Source: Octopus sinensis (taxonomy: Eukaryota). From it: a stretch of DNA of 64,000 nt. The notes under the pieces were generated by a model that saw nothing but the letters and a program-made list of their open reading frames with translations, was not told the DNA's origin and did not search any database. Location of the stretch: positions 186,001 to 250,000 of the forward strand of contig NW_021831988.1 of NCBI RefSeq assembly GCF_006345805.1, given 5' to 3'. Below, piece after piece: positions 26,201 through 37,195 of the stretch. Numbering within the stretch: the stretch's first letter is position 1; every line of letters begins with the position of its first letter. The position numbers and the translations under genes are program-made.

Positions 26201-26829
26201 AAGCACACTCAGTCCAGTCGGTCGTGGAAAATAGTCGTGTTGAAATACGAGTAGACATGACGTTGCAGACCGACATTGAAGTTAAAAACAACAAGCCAGA
26301 CATTTTCGTGCTTGATAAAATGAAAAATGAGATAACGATAATCGAAGTCGGGGTCACATCCCAGGACAGGTTAAAGCAAGTCGAAGTAGAGAAACTCCAC
26401 AAGTATGATCTACTTGCTGGAGAATTGGCACAGATTCACAAGGCAAAAGTCACGATAGTCCCTGTCGTATTGACATGGGATGGGGTAGTGACCAAGTTCT
26501 ATAAGTCCTACATGAAAAAGTTGAATATAGAGGTCCCGACTAAGGCGTACATTCAATCAGTGACAATCAAGAAAACCCTGGAGAGCATGGTCGTTGAATA
26601 CAAACATGGCATGAAGGTCGACAACTACCAAATTGAGAAGGAAACGGATAGTCTTATCGCTAGAGGAGAAGAACTGGGAGTGTCAGTTGACTTGCCAGAG
26701 GAGTCTGCTTTCTTACTGCAATACGAAGAGGAGAGGTGTCAAGACATGACCGGTCAACGGAGTAGTTCCCCTAAGAGAAGAGAGAATATCAATTAATTTT
26801 TAATTTTCGTTTAATTTTTGTTTTCAGTT
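23269..26829 (+). mobile_element. Intact single-ORF RLE-type non-LTR retrotransposon (R4/Dong-like)
   Basis: Bounded by near-perfect direct repeats ttgtccacttatag(g)aatttctt at 23246-23268 and 26830-26851; T-rich ~33-nt 3' UTR; no poly(A). Confidence 0.9.
23281..26796 (+). CDS. Reverse transcriptase-CCHC-restriction-like endonuclease polyprotein, ~1170 aa, no introns
   Basis: RPITCMPILYKL, DVRKAFDSV, GILQGDSLSP, LFIDDL, YRYLG; CNHC...HLATRC; RHNEIV; KPDI...IEVG. Confidence 0.92.
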   Translation: MSVFTSLQANPEGSLTKDIRDNQQLLVRSKSSGLHDPHEICGNSPTEHVSPHLIPLKSVIGEEHSNDKVKWISGVVESAKRRFGRIPRGGWRLIAECFNVRFLTQKSVSDVKNLLNVKPCSNGCGIRNNVDTSDYLLPKTEISIYGKCKEEFNLQIQELKSIPRNARMPTKKIPYKLLKTDVLVAINAVISNYILSSPPASINEITDIIYAGQCSYENITRQPLTKSTWLEDTERKISKLRENLTFVNKFNGQQSKDEKEKTLNILCSFGYKKSRKGELARVSSLIEDRVKIMEKKISTYRSRKSFRQDNFCFELNRRRFYRRLNCENKDSDCQVPEDKCLSFWKGVWKKEENRAPKAIVGKHITGAEQLPSDVKTDFIKNVIQCVPNWKAAGCDGVYGFFIKKFEALHGHLCDEILKIVNGGYSPAEWFYTGVTYLIPKNEKCHSPNDLRPITCMPILYKLVTKCVNTKLTDYIEAFNLISDNQLGARRQCQGAKEQALINQCVNSEYGNNLFATWIDVRKAFDSVNHEFLCQVLDQSGIPNWITNFVKTLIKNWNVILTLNNKRIGTVKLERGILQGDSLSPQLFTLVMDPLSRSLNMKFPKVRIGQNDPFTVSYSTNHLLFIDDLKIIAEKEDTVLKMMEDVDEYFDAVGLKRNSEKSATNLDYVKDTKCLDGCAGYRYLGVLEDRGSDVKKIEVMKTIARNVKERIESLAKTKLSAVNLFKAINEYALSLYNYYIGLIDIEPSEFDAIDLVIRRILTTLRIHLKPANKERLYLGRNGFGRGLISISNKSECILLQFLSDLERKASLCLRRAGILRVLREKKTHMTTIARFLALKYNLEDQSKLDVNLIKECQKKRLMDTIKSKMIHSTLFKCIQEPSADIVESNVWLANGNNGPKAEALYCLAQDRNLFFGEAKPNCNHCGSARKTVDHLATRCSRMLHGSYMRRHNEIVRCIHLHVCRQYGIKKCKKLKAHSVQSVVENSRVEIRVDMTLQTDIEVKNNKPDIFVLDKMKNEITIIEVGVTSQDRLKQVEVEKLHKYDLLAGELAQIHKAKVTIVPVVLTWDGVVTKFYKSYMKKLNIEVPTKAYIQSVTIKKTLESMVVEYKHGMKVDNYQIEKETDSLIARGEELGVSVDLPEESAFLLQYEEERCQDMTGQRSSSPKRRENIN

Positions 26830-27566
26830 TTGTCCACTTATAGAATTTCTTATAATATTCGATATTCTGTAAGTGAATTGACTTTACCTTCACAATAGTT
26901 TAATCTTTTTATCGTAATCATTTAAAACTTTTGTGATATTCTACACAGTTATTTTGTTCCCAATTTTTACTATTTTACTGTATGAGTGAATGACCTCTTT
27001 TTCTATTTTAATTCTGTGTCTTTTTCCCAGACATCCATCATATCAGGGAATTTTTCTGTTATTTGTGTCCGTGTCATTTCTTTAAATTACTTGGCCTTTC
27101 AAATTGATTTCTTCGTCGAATTCGTTTTCCTTTTTAGTAATTTTTCGCTTGTGTTTATTCTCGACTATATCTTGCCAAATGTATTTCCCAGAACATTGAA
27201 TAATTTTTTGGTGTTCATTTCACTTCTATGAGTTATGAAATGGGTATATAACTACATTCCTTGTCCTGCTTAATGGTGAATTCAGGTTATAGTTTTCATT
27301 TATTGATATTTCCGGGAATAATCTGTTAGTTAAAGATATGAATTAATTAAATCAGTGAAAATTTCAAAACGACCGAGTGAATGGGTCTATGAAAAGTCGA
27401 ATTAATTAGTTTTATTAATATAATACTGTTCCGAGTATTAAATTAATAGTAGATTAATCGAGCTATGATAGCCCAATCTCGTAAAGTAAAATTTGATGGT
27501 AGAGTTACTTGAATTGTCAAGAGTGCGATCTATTTTTTCTATGATGACTTGATAAATATTCTAAAT

Positions 27567-27640
27567 CAGGGGTTCCCAACCTTTTTAGAGCTCGCACCCC
27601 TAAATATTTTTTTACAAACTCTCGCACCCCAGAACATTTT
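27567..27640 (+). mobile_element. Solitary hAT-like terminus
   Basis: caggggttcccaacc start typical of hAT TIRs, plus subterminal repeat ctcgcacccc x2; no partner end found. Confidence 0.4.
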
Positions 27641-27734
27641 CTATTTATATTATTGTGAATGAATTTATTTATTTAAAAGGAAAGCCGAAAAGGAGAGAGA
27701 AATTTAATGAGAGGATCATAATTTCTGTTTTAAT

Positions 27735-27960
27735 TATCAATTCATCAGGGCCTCTAACCTCGGCCTTCATCAGTGACATCGGGGAAAAATTGGCCCACAG
27801 GACGAAAGAGCCACGCGAGGTTTCGTGGCTATTGCAGCGGATATCCATCGCCATTCTCCGTGGGAACACGCATGCGGTACTTTCCGCAGGAGGGTGCGAG
27901 TTTTAGCCCCCTCAGAATTCCCCCTCTGTACATTCCTAACTTAATTTGTTTTTTTATTGA
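27735..27960 (+). mobile_element. Short CRE-like 3' fragment
   Basis: SGPLTSAFISDIGEKL...REVSWLLQRISIAILRGN; GC-rich relative to flanks. Confidence 0.7.
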
Positions 27961-28319
27961 AAAATAAATAAATATAATTAACAAAAAAATTCATTAATTA
28001 AATTTTTATCTGTAGATTGTTCATCAAAATCTATTTTTTTCTGAAGCCATTAGTTCAATTGTCTTGAAATTGGATGGAGTTATCTCAAAGTTCTTTAAAA
28101 GTCATATGGACAAACCATCCATTGAATTTCCTTAAAATATTAAATTTTTTGTCACCGTCCATTTGCCGGACCCGCCATTTGCCGGACCGTACATCACTTT
28201 AAAACAAAAAAACATATCATTTCAAATAATAATGACTTAATGATGACAAATTATTATATATTTTTTTAAAATATAATATTTTTATTTTGCTAAAATATAA
28301 TCAATCGCACGCGAAAAAA

Positions 28320-29614
28320 ATGAGTTACTTGAGACTGTCTGCGAGCGAAATGCAAATAATTAAAAATTTTAAAATGAATGATTATTATTGTCCTGAAATT
28401 CCAAAAAGACAAAAGTATAGACTTAAAAAATTGTCTGAATCGTTTGAATTTGATGATGAAAAACAATTTTACTTGAAAAGTGGATTTAGGATGCGATTTT
28501 TTACTTCTGATCAAGCAGAATTAAAAATTTTAACAATTGAGGTAACTTGTGTTGCTCATCAAAAAATAGGCTGAACACAATTATGGCCATTTTGGAAGAG
28601 ACAGATTGTACAGTCTTTTAAAGAAAAAAATTTACAACTTAACGAGAAAAGAAATTCAAGAAGTTATAAAGAAATGTGTTTTTTGTCAAGCCAAAAGATG
28701 CATGGCTACTAAACCTCTAATTACGCCAATTATCGAACAAAGACCTCGTGATAGATATCTAGCAGATCTTATTGACTTGCGGAGGTATTCTCACATAAAC
28801 GAAGAATACTCATGGGTATTAATTAAATGATGTTATCCTAAGGTTTTGGTACTAATCGACAGTTTTTCAAAGTACGGAATGTTCGAGCTAGCGAAGAATA
28901 AATCTGCAGAAGAAATTTCCTCATTGTTCGAGAGAATTTTTTATACTTGTGGTCCTCCTGTTATTCTTCATACTGACAATGGGAAAGAATTTAAAAATTC
29001 TAAAATGGAGATTTTGTGCAAAGAACTAAATATCAGACATGTTTTCGGGAGAGCTCGATGTCCATGGATACAAGGCCAGGTTGAAAGGTATATTTTATTC
29101 TACAAAAAATGTAAATAGATTTAATCAAAGTATTAAACGTTGGATATCTTCAACCTCGGCCTCAAATGGCGAATTTGGGAGATATGTTAATATAACTAAA
29201 AAAATTGTATTTCAATACAATATCACTGTACATCAAAGTACGAAACAAATCCCATTTTATATTTTTATGGGTGCACACTATCCGCAAAATCCTGAAATTA
29301 ATGATTGTAATGAAGAAAATCTTACTAAAGCTCGGGAAGAAGCTTATAAGAATCTCCAGATTTGTGGAGACTATATATCAAAACGAAGACGGTGGAAATT
29401 TGATGAAGACGAAATCAAAATTGGCGATTGTGTTTTGCTTCGTCATGACCAAGATGCAAACGAGCAAAATAGAAGATGTCCTCTATATGACCAATTAAAT
29501 GTAACTAAGTACTTCGTTATTTATGGACTGGGTGAGAATTTTACAATACATGGAGAAGATGGAAATATTATAGAAAATGTGCATTTTTCAAGATTAAAAA
29601 AACTAAAAACTTGA
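28320..29614 (+). CDS. Integrase-like DDE transposase, 402 aa after splicing (exons 28320-28541, 28570-28815, 28843-29087, 29119-29614)
   Basis: Removing GT-AG introns of 28, 27 and 31 nt gives one ORF with an HHCC finger (EHNYGH...CVFC) and D-D-E (LADLID, HTDNG, GQVERFNQ). Confidence 0.88.
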
Positions 29615-29689
29615 TTTAAAAAAAATAAAACCTTGATTTAAAAAAAACTTTAAAAGCTCGTTTTTAAATGTTAGAATGTTAATCTCCGG

Positions 29690-29835
29690 GTTTCAGTTTA
29701 GGGTTAGGGTTTGGTGTCTGTCTAGGGTTTCGGGTTTGGTGTCTGTTTATGGTTAGGTTAGGGTTGGGGTTAGGTTAGAGTTTGGAATTGGTGACTTTTT
29801 AGGGTTGAGGATTGGTGTTTTTAGGGTTTTCAGTA
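29690..29835 (+). repeat. Degenerate telomere-like (TTAGGG/TTAGG) G-rich array inside the Ginger element
   Basis: tttagggttagggtttggtgtctgt..., ggttaggttagggttggggttaggttag; loose ~25-nt higher-order unit. Confidence 0.7.
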
Positions 29836-30399
29836 GACCTACAGTTTATGTATAATAAATCCATTAAATAAGCATATTTTAAAACAACTTTTTTATAGTT
29901 GGTTAACTTATTATTCTAAATAAAATCTTGTTAACTAACGTGTCAGAACATTTGATGTGTGTCTTTGTTGTTTTTTAATTTCACCATAATTATTTTCAAT
30001 ATTTTTTGTAATATTGAAAATAACTGAATAAATTGAGTAACTTCGGACTTAGAAAAAAAAATATGTTGTTTTTTTAGCGAAAAATTGTAAAATGAGAAAT
30101 GCGGTCCGGCAAATGGCGGGTCCGGCAAATGGACGCTGACATTTTTTATCATTGTTTTTTTAAATTATTTTGCAGGTGGAGACAAGAGATGGAATATCGG
30201 TTCCAAGCAGTGATTTGGTGTCAACCGAAAAAATTCTTCTGAATCAGGAATACGTGTGGACAAAGACCTCTATGTACCGACTATGGTAATTGGGCATAAG
30301 AGACGAAGATCGTGCTAAAAAGAATATATAATAATAGGAAAGAACAAAAATAATTCACTTCATTCTTTTGTTTTTTTTAAATAAATAATTTTAAATACC

Positions 30400-31760
30400 T
30401 AAACACTTGTTAGAACAAAATATTAATTGCCTTAGATTTAAGGAACGGACTATCTCAAAGATTTATTGCCGTAAAATACAAGATTTCGAAATCGGCGGTG
30501 CAAAAAAAACATTCAAAAATACAAAATAATGAATCTCTGTCAGAAAGAACAGGTTTTGGAAGGTTATTGAAATTAACAAATGACATAAAGCATGATATCT
30601 TTAAATATCATGATATCGATCACTTAATTACGTTGAGACAAATTAAGGATAAAACTGAACACGATCATCGCATCACAATATCAACATCAATTATATCAAA
30701 TACGTTATGGAGAACCTGCATGAGCGGAGTGTTGACACGATAGACCCGATCCTGGCAAAAACTCGAATTTGCTGAGGGAGATAAGACAGTCTCCCGGGGC
30801 AAAACCGAAGTTGAGACCTTCGTGGCTCTCGTTATCAAGCCCCCTAAGCTCTAATTCCTCGGCCACTTTTCTTTTGGAGCAATTGTATTAAATAAACCAT
30901 ATTCTTCTTCTATCATTTTCAAATGTTTGGGTGTGTCAAACGAGGAACTCGACACAGTAACTTTTTCCGATGAGTGCAAATTTAACTTATACCAGAGTGA
31001 CGTACATCAACATGTTCGATATTATCCAGGAGAACGTTATAATTCGTGCTCCCAGACACTCCGCTATCAACGAGACTATTTCGGCTGCGTTACAAGCAGC
31101 TGGATTCCCGACAGAACTGGAACCCGTTGGGCTTGACCGTGGAGACGGTAAACGCCCAGATGGAGTCACCATTTTCCCGTGGAGTAATGGGAAATGCCTC
31201 GCGTGGGACTCCACGTGCACAGACACCTTCTCAAAGACCAATATAGTTGACTCCGCGATCAGTCCAGGCTCAGCCGCTGAGAAGGCTGAGGTACATAAAG
31301 TTCAGAAATATTCCAACCTGTTGGACAACTTCATCTTCTCCCCAATATCCGTAGAAACCTCCGGGGTCATGAGCCAAAAATCGTTTGAACTCGTCGTTAA
31401 AATCGGGAATCTGATCTCGAGAAGACGGAGAGAGCCTCGGGAGAAGCAATGGTTGTTCCAAAGAATATCCATTGCGATCCTGAGGGGCAACGTCTTCTCG
31501 ATCATCAGTAGCTTTAGATTGTGATAATTATTTTCGATCTTTCAATAAAGTAATAAATCATTTTCCAAATGTTTGGATTGTTCGCGAATGGACACGCAAA
31601 AAATATTAAAACTCTTGATTGGCCTCCTCAAAACCCTGACTTGAATCCAATAGAGCACATCTGGACTTATATAAAGTATAAATTACGAGGGTTGGAACTA
31701 CTGATCTAATCCCAAACAAAAGCCGAAATAATAAGCATCTGGAATAATCTTCCAGAGGAG
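30400..31760 (+). mobile_element. Degenerate Tc1-like transposase with nested insertions
   Basis: HTH relic GLSQRFIAVKYKISKSAVQ, then VTFSDECKFNL, then WPPQNPDLNPIEHIW; interrupted by a CRE-like fragment and an unassigned GC-rich insert at ~30720-30890. Confidence 0.7.
31040..31530 (+). mobile_element. 5'-truncated CRE-like fragment nested in the Tc1 relic
   Basis: Open frame RHSAINETI...DGKRPDGVTIFPW...AWDSTCTDTF...WLFQRISIAILRGN. Confidence 0.8.
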
Positions 31761-33329
31761 TTAGTAAAAAATTACATAAAAAACTTCCATACCCGTGTAC
31801 ATATTAGTAAATATATGAAATTTAAAGGTTGTTGCAATTCACTATCGTTGAACACACACAGAGCACCACAAAATAGTAAATTAATAAATATGTGAGGAAT
31901 TAATATTTAAAACGATTATTAGAAAAATAATATCAGTACCATCACTGTTGATTATGTCTATCAAAATTTAAAAATGTCTTCATATCAATTGTTTTAAAAT
32001 AAGAAAAAATTTGAAGAACTAATAAACATAAGAATAATGAGTAGTGATACATAAATGGAAATAATAAAAATAATTCACGATAATACCAAAAAATAATAAC
32101 AAATTAAATAACTACTGACACACCACAAAAACACAACGGAATAAGTACACGTGTAAACATGTGGAGTATTTATTTTGTTTCATTTAATCTAAAAAATAAT
32201 TAATTTTTTACAAATATGAAAAAGATTAACAAAATCTTAATTTAATCGGGTTTTCATAATGGTTTCGAATCTGGTCGCTGTACATTTGTAGAAAAGTTCC
32301 TCACATCTACAATGTCAAACGGGTTTGACTTTGACGAGTTTTACTAGCATCAGTTTTTATAAATGTCTTTTTTTACTTTTGACTTGCACTTTGTCATTCT
32401 CTGCAAAGCTGGCACCCCCCACGTCCTCCGAGCATATTCTGACAGTGGTTAGTGGAATCAATCCAATCGTCTAAAGTTGAGTGTGCATTCCTGACGACGG
32501 TCGGGTTTTCATAATTTTTGTTACAATTTTTACTGCCCAGAGAAATTGTGCCCAGATGGCTAATTTGAATGCAATTTTGATTAATCAAAGTGTCATTGAG
32601 TGATTGATGTGAGAATTTTCCATCTCGTGTATTTTTTTGCATTATTTTCAGTGGATTTTATCACTATTTCTTTTTACAAATAGGGTAATGACAATTCAGC
32701 CTGGAATGCTAACAATATAAATAGACAAAAACATTTTCCTTTGATTTCTCTAAACAGTTTTTTTTAATTTTCTGCAATTGTGCTGCCAAATCCTAAATGA
32801 TGTCGTCATTCCAGACCGAACTGGAAACATGACCACCGATTACTTGTGCATGTATTTGTGGGAATTAGAACTAAAAATGTAAAACCTGTAACTACCAGAG
32901 GTTGCAGCTTGATAAAATTTCCATATTCAATATAATGTCGTATTTGGCTAATTGGTGACGATCTAAACCGCCGGCAAATGGATTTTATTTTGGATTATAA
33001 ATAAAATTACTATTCATCACAATAATTAATTGATCTGAAATACTAATTTCATTTCCTTTATTTACAAAAAAGAGAGTTTCTAGTCTTTATTGCGAAAAAT
33101 AAGCCTGGGGTTGCTTGTAGCATGGGTAGGGTCGTTTACATTCTCTAGAGCAGTGTTTATAGATAGGAAAAGTGATGGGAGTTTCTGGCTGTTCTGTTTT
33201 TCTGAAAAAATTAATACAAATAGATGTTACGTGGATAGGAAAATATATTTACATTTTTAAGCGATTAATGATTGTTTTAATATTAATTTTGAAATAATGT
33301 CCTCCGATAGAACACTTTTACGCACCTCA

Positions 33330-33480
33330 TCCTGGATCGACCTTCAAAGCAAAACCACGCTCCAATCCGTTTTACATCAGACCTAACCTTGAATATACAA
33401 GGGCTGACATCGGCGAACAACTTTGAGCTTCTGAAAGAACTATCGAAAAAGAGTCATTAGACTAGTCCAGGTAGTTTGAT
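33330..33480 (+). mobile_element. Possible CR1/L2 LINE relic
   Basis: FYIRPNLEY and, after a frameshift, KRVIRLV resemble the post-RT region of CR1/L2 elements; short and degenerate. Confidence 0.3.
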
Positions 33481-33940
33481 AATGTCTGAATCATTTAATT
33501 TCGAAAAAATAAATTGGATATGCTTCTAAAAATTGTTTTACTCCGTCATCGTCTGTACGGGCATTTTATCATATTTTTATTGGACAGACTTACAGCCCAA
33601 TATTTGGGACACTAAAAACCACGAAATGTCCAAAAGTCTTACAAACGTAATAATATTACCGAGACCTCGGGAATTTCGTGACGTATGCTGACTAAAATAA
33701 ATATAATTAATTGACCAGTATCAACTCAAATCGAGAATTATCCTCTCTTTGACAGAGATTGTCCAAAACGAGATCCTAGAGGAAACAAGCAAATCGTTGT
33801 CAAACTCATTGCCTCTGACAAACTTAAGTCGATTCGCGTTGTATGTTCTACTCGCCGATCAAAAATGTACCTAAAAAGTAATATACACCCAAAAAATCCA
33901 AATTATTATTAAAATCCCAAATATAGTCAATCCCAGTCAC

Positions 33941-35393
33941 TTAAAGGAGAGTTATCTTATCTCTCCCCTTAGCCTCAACGGCCTCCAAAATGGGAGTCAA
34001 CTTTTCTTGGTATTTTAAATTAATAGCCTCGATCTCCTGATTCATCAAAGTGTCGAGTCTCTCCAACTCCAGTTGAGTGTCGAGTATTTCTCCGGTCATT
34101 GGAGACTCCTGGTGACTGGACAGAGACTCGTCACTGATATTAATAACCATGGATCCATCTAAACTACAAACAGTGGTGCACCATCACTGTCCTCCCCCAC
34201 AAACATTGTCTGCACATTCGACTTGATTGACTCACGAAATGTTTCCGTTTCCTGAATACTTCGTGGCACAGCAGTCTAAATAAGCTGCAATACTCCACCT
34301 TATCACAACTCGGGGCAGAAAACATTTTTGGTTTCTTGGCCACGAATATGGCAATTGCATCTCTCAGTGCATCCGCCGACCCCGATTGTAGGAAGGCGTG
34401 CTTAATGTGTCGTTGTTACGGAAATCAACCCTGGACAAACTGTACGCGGAGGCTCGGTCGTTTGGATTCTTTTTTAAACAAAAACCAACAAATTCCAGGA
34501 ACCCGCGACTCCACAAACCAGGCCGGGAGAGCGTCGGGGGCGGCCGGTTGGGGATCATAAAAATGGCACGGATTGGGTGGATATCCGAGTATGGAGGTCT
34601 TCCCTCCGCCATTTCTATTGCGGTGATTCCTTGCGGCTAAAACATCCCAAATTTACCGAGACTCCAAATATCGGCGGGGAGGCCGTATCCTATTTCCTTA
34701 ATCACCTCGGGAGCCATCCAGAACGGGGTCCCGATCACCGTTTTTAGTTTTGAGATTGTCTCCTGCAATTTTCTAACAAAACGGACTGAAAGTTGCGCGG
34801 AAACTCCAAAGTCGGCCAATTTGGCGACTCCTCCGTCAGTCAAGAGGATATTTCCTGCCTTTATATCACGGTGGACTCGCTTGCTGGAGTGAAGGTAACA
34901 GAGGCCATTTATTACTTGACGGAAAACGGAAGATATTTCAATTTCCGTAAACTTTGGATATAAAATAAAAAACAAACCGGTCTCTCGTGGATCCTAATGA
35001 GGTCGGACACTGACCCCATCGAACAAAATTCCATTGCAATCTGAATTGGCTTTAAATGAAAAGTCACCCACAAATCTTTGCCAGAAAAGAAGCTTCCGTA
35101 ATATTTGACAATATTGGGGTTATCGCACTGTTGTAGTATGGATATCTCCTTTATTATGTTGTCCAGGTCAGACTCGACGGTGATGCTCTTTATAGCCACC
35201 ATGTCCCCTGTTTGCTTGACCTTCGCTTTGTACACCACTCCAAATGATCTGCTCTGCTTGCATTATTTGGTAAACAACCCTTTCCCTATTTGAGCCACGA
35301 GGTCAAATCCGTCGAGGGGATTTTGGTTGAGGTTGTTGGTTTTTATTATCGTCGACAATCTGCGTGCTACTTTGTAATTCACCTGTCCGACAT
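33941..35393 (-). CDS. STK3/STK4: Hippo/MST1-2 Ste20-family kinase with SARAH domain
   Basis: HRDIKAGNILL, KLADFGVSAQL, IGTPFWMAPEVI, HPIRAIFMIP; C-terminal LERLDTLMNQEIEAINLKYQEKLTPILEAVEAK (SARAH). Confidence 0.9.
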
Positions 35394-36009
35394 TGTAGGT
35401 CACCCACCAGATTAAATTATTAATTAAATCTTTATTAATTTATTGTTCGAGTCTTATAAGTTAACATTACATCAGACTAGTTAATTGGATTTTTATATTT
35501 TTTGATGTAATCAGATAATCTCCTTTTTTGGTTGAGACGGAGATATTTCACAAATGTCTTTTTCACGTTTGGTATCTGCTAGCCCGTTCTCATTCGGCAC
35601 CTTGGAGAAACCGGAGAAATACACCTGGAGCAGCCTTGATTCAATTCTGTACTTGTTTAGACCTATTCATATGTAACACGGCATTCCGTCACCCAGACGA
35701 ACTTAGTGCTCCTGCAGTACGTCCGATCTCCGTGGAAATCCTGAATTCCAGATGGCGACTTTTTGGTCGAATACTAAGACTTAGGTAGTCGCACTCCGTC
35801 AAACATCGCGATAGAAAGCTAGTTTGTTCGACTTGAAAGGGAATTCCGTGGAAGACCCAGAGCCACCCGACCTATCGCATTAAACGAAGATTTAATTTGA
35901 ATCCAATTGGACAACTGCTTAGTTTTGATAAATATTGACTAAATAAAAACACACTTTGAGTATTAAATTAATTACTTTATAATACATTTACACGTGTAGC
36001 AGTGTGATC

Positions 36010-36564
36010 ATGAAGGTTTCTAGTGGGGAGAAGTCTAATGACTACGTCCAAGTCTATGGCTACAAAGTTCTGAGCATACCCTAACAAATAGAAAACAGCA
36101 AAGGCGGTTGCTCTTTGTCGCAAAGGACGGGGAATGATCCGCATAAACAACAAACTACTCAAAATCTGGGAGCCTAAAGCTCTTCTTCCCAAAGTATTGA
36201 ATATTCCATCAAAATCTAGCTCTGGGATCCAATCATTGCTCTCGGTCAAGGAACGTTTGAAGACTTGAACATTCAAGTGCGTGTCTCAGGGGGAGGAGTC
36301 GTCTCTCAGATTTACGGTCAGCACTTTCACGAGACTTTTTAGCCATCCGCCAGGCAATTTCCAAGTCAATTATTGCCTTTTACGCGAAGTGTGGGAGCTG
36401 TTACTTTCTACCTTTTAGATAAGGACGAGGCTAGCAAGAATGAATTGGAGAATTGTCTTTTGAGTTATGATCAATCACTCCTACATTCCGATCCCAGGAA
36501 GAGGGAGGCTAAAAAGTTTGGAGGGCCTGGAGCTCGTGCCCGATACCAAAAGTCCTATCGATAA
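36010..36564 (+). CDS. RPS16: 40S ribosomal protein S16 (uS9), four mini-introns
   Basis: VQVYGYK|[16 protein letters not shown]|AIRQAISK and C-terminal [17 protein letters not shown]. Confidence 0.95.
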
Positions 36565-37195
36565 TTTCGTTTTCTTGTTTGTTAGATATGTCTTATTTTT
36601 GTTATTTTCATTCCCCAAAATGTCTTTTTGTGTCACTTCAGCTCGGCTTTTTTTAAGTTTTGTCAGTGATTATAACGGTGATTTTCAAGCTTCTTTACTC
36701 AGGCTAAATAATCAAAATTAGGTTTAATTTTACTAGTTGAAGTACGTAGCAAATCACTTAGATGACTATCAGTCAATCTGCTGCAAAACTTTGTTTTAAG
36801 TTTACTAAATATCGATTCGATCCAAACATCGCTAAATTTTTCTTTGCATTATAGACTAGATTCGGAAATCGGTTCTCTGGAATTCTCGAATAAAAGTCAA
36901 TTATTGAAATGTTGCTGAACAAACTTTTTAGTTCAACATCATTTTGAAAATCAATCAATTTCAGTTGGTAAATGCCGGAAACCTCCTTACTTTTCATAAT
37001 TAATGGAAATGCAAATAATCTCATTGAATTTGCACCTTCTTTAAAGCTCTGCCCGCTTAAATTAAATACTAAAAACTTAAAATTTTGCATCAAATTGCGA
37101 ATTTATATCTTCAATTATTTTTAAATATTTATCAGTTGAGGCACTCTCGGAATTTTCTGACAAATAAGGAAAATGTGTGTTATCATTATTTGATA

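Larger units (their letters stand above)
28150..30141 (+). mobile_element. Apparently autonomous Ginger-type DNA transposon, 1992 bp
   Basis: TIRs tgtcaccgtccatttgccggacccgccatttgccggaccg / cggtccggcaaatggcgggtccggcaaatggacgctgaca; inserted in a T-run compatible with a 4-5 bp TSD; integrase gene inside. Confidence 0.9.

Noticed and set aside
23269-26796. Contaminating microsporidian contig suggested by the RT type
   Set aside because: The element is bounded by a target-site duplication and embedded among metazoan-type intron-rich genes.
32255-32285. ggtttcgaatct resembling a tRNA T-loop
   Set aside because: No cloverleaf, A box or acceptor stem.
32250-33230. Cys-containing minus-strand ORF pieces suggesting a secreted protein
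   Set aside because: Could not assemble a supported exon chain or recognise a domain.
35528-35900. Possible small gene between STK3/4 and RPS16
   Set aside because: GC-richer, with a plausible 30-nt intron, but I could not derive a consistent frame or family.
36010-36564. Initial reading as mitochondrial ribosomal protein S9
   Set aside because: The spliced sequence and the C-terminal [11 protein letters not shown] match cytosolic RPS16.
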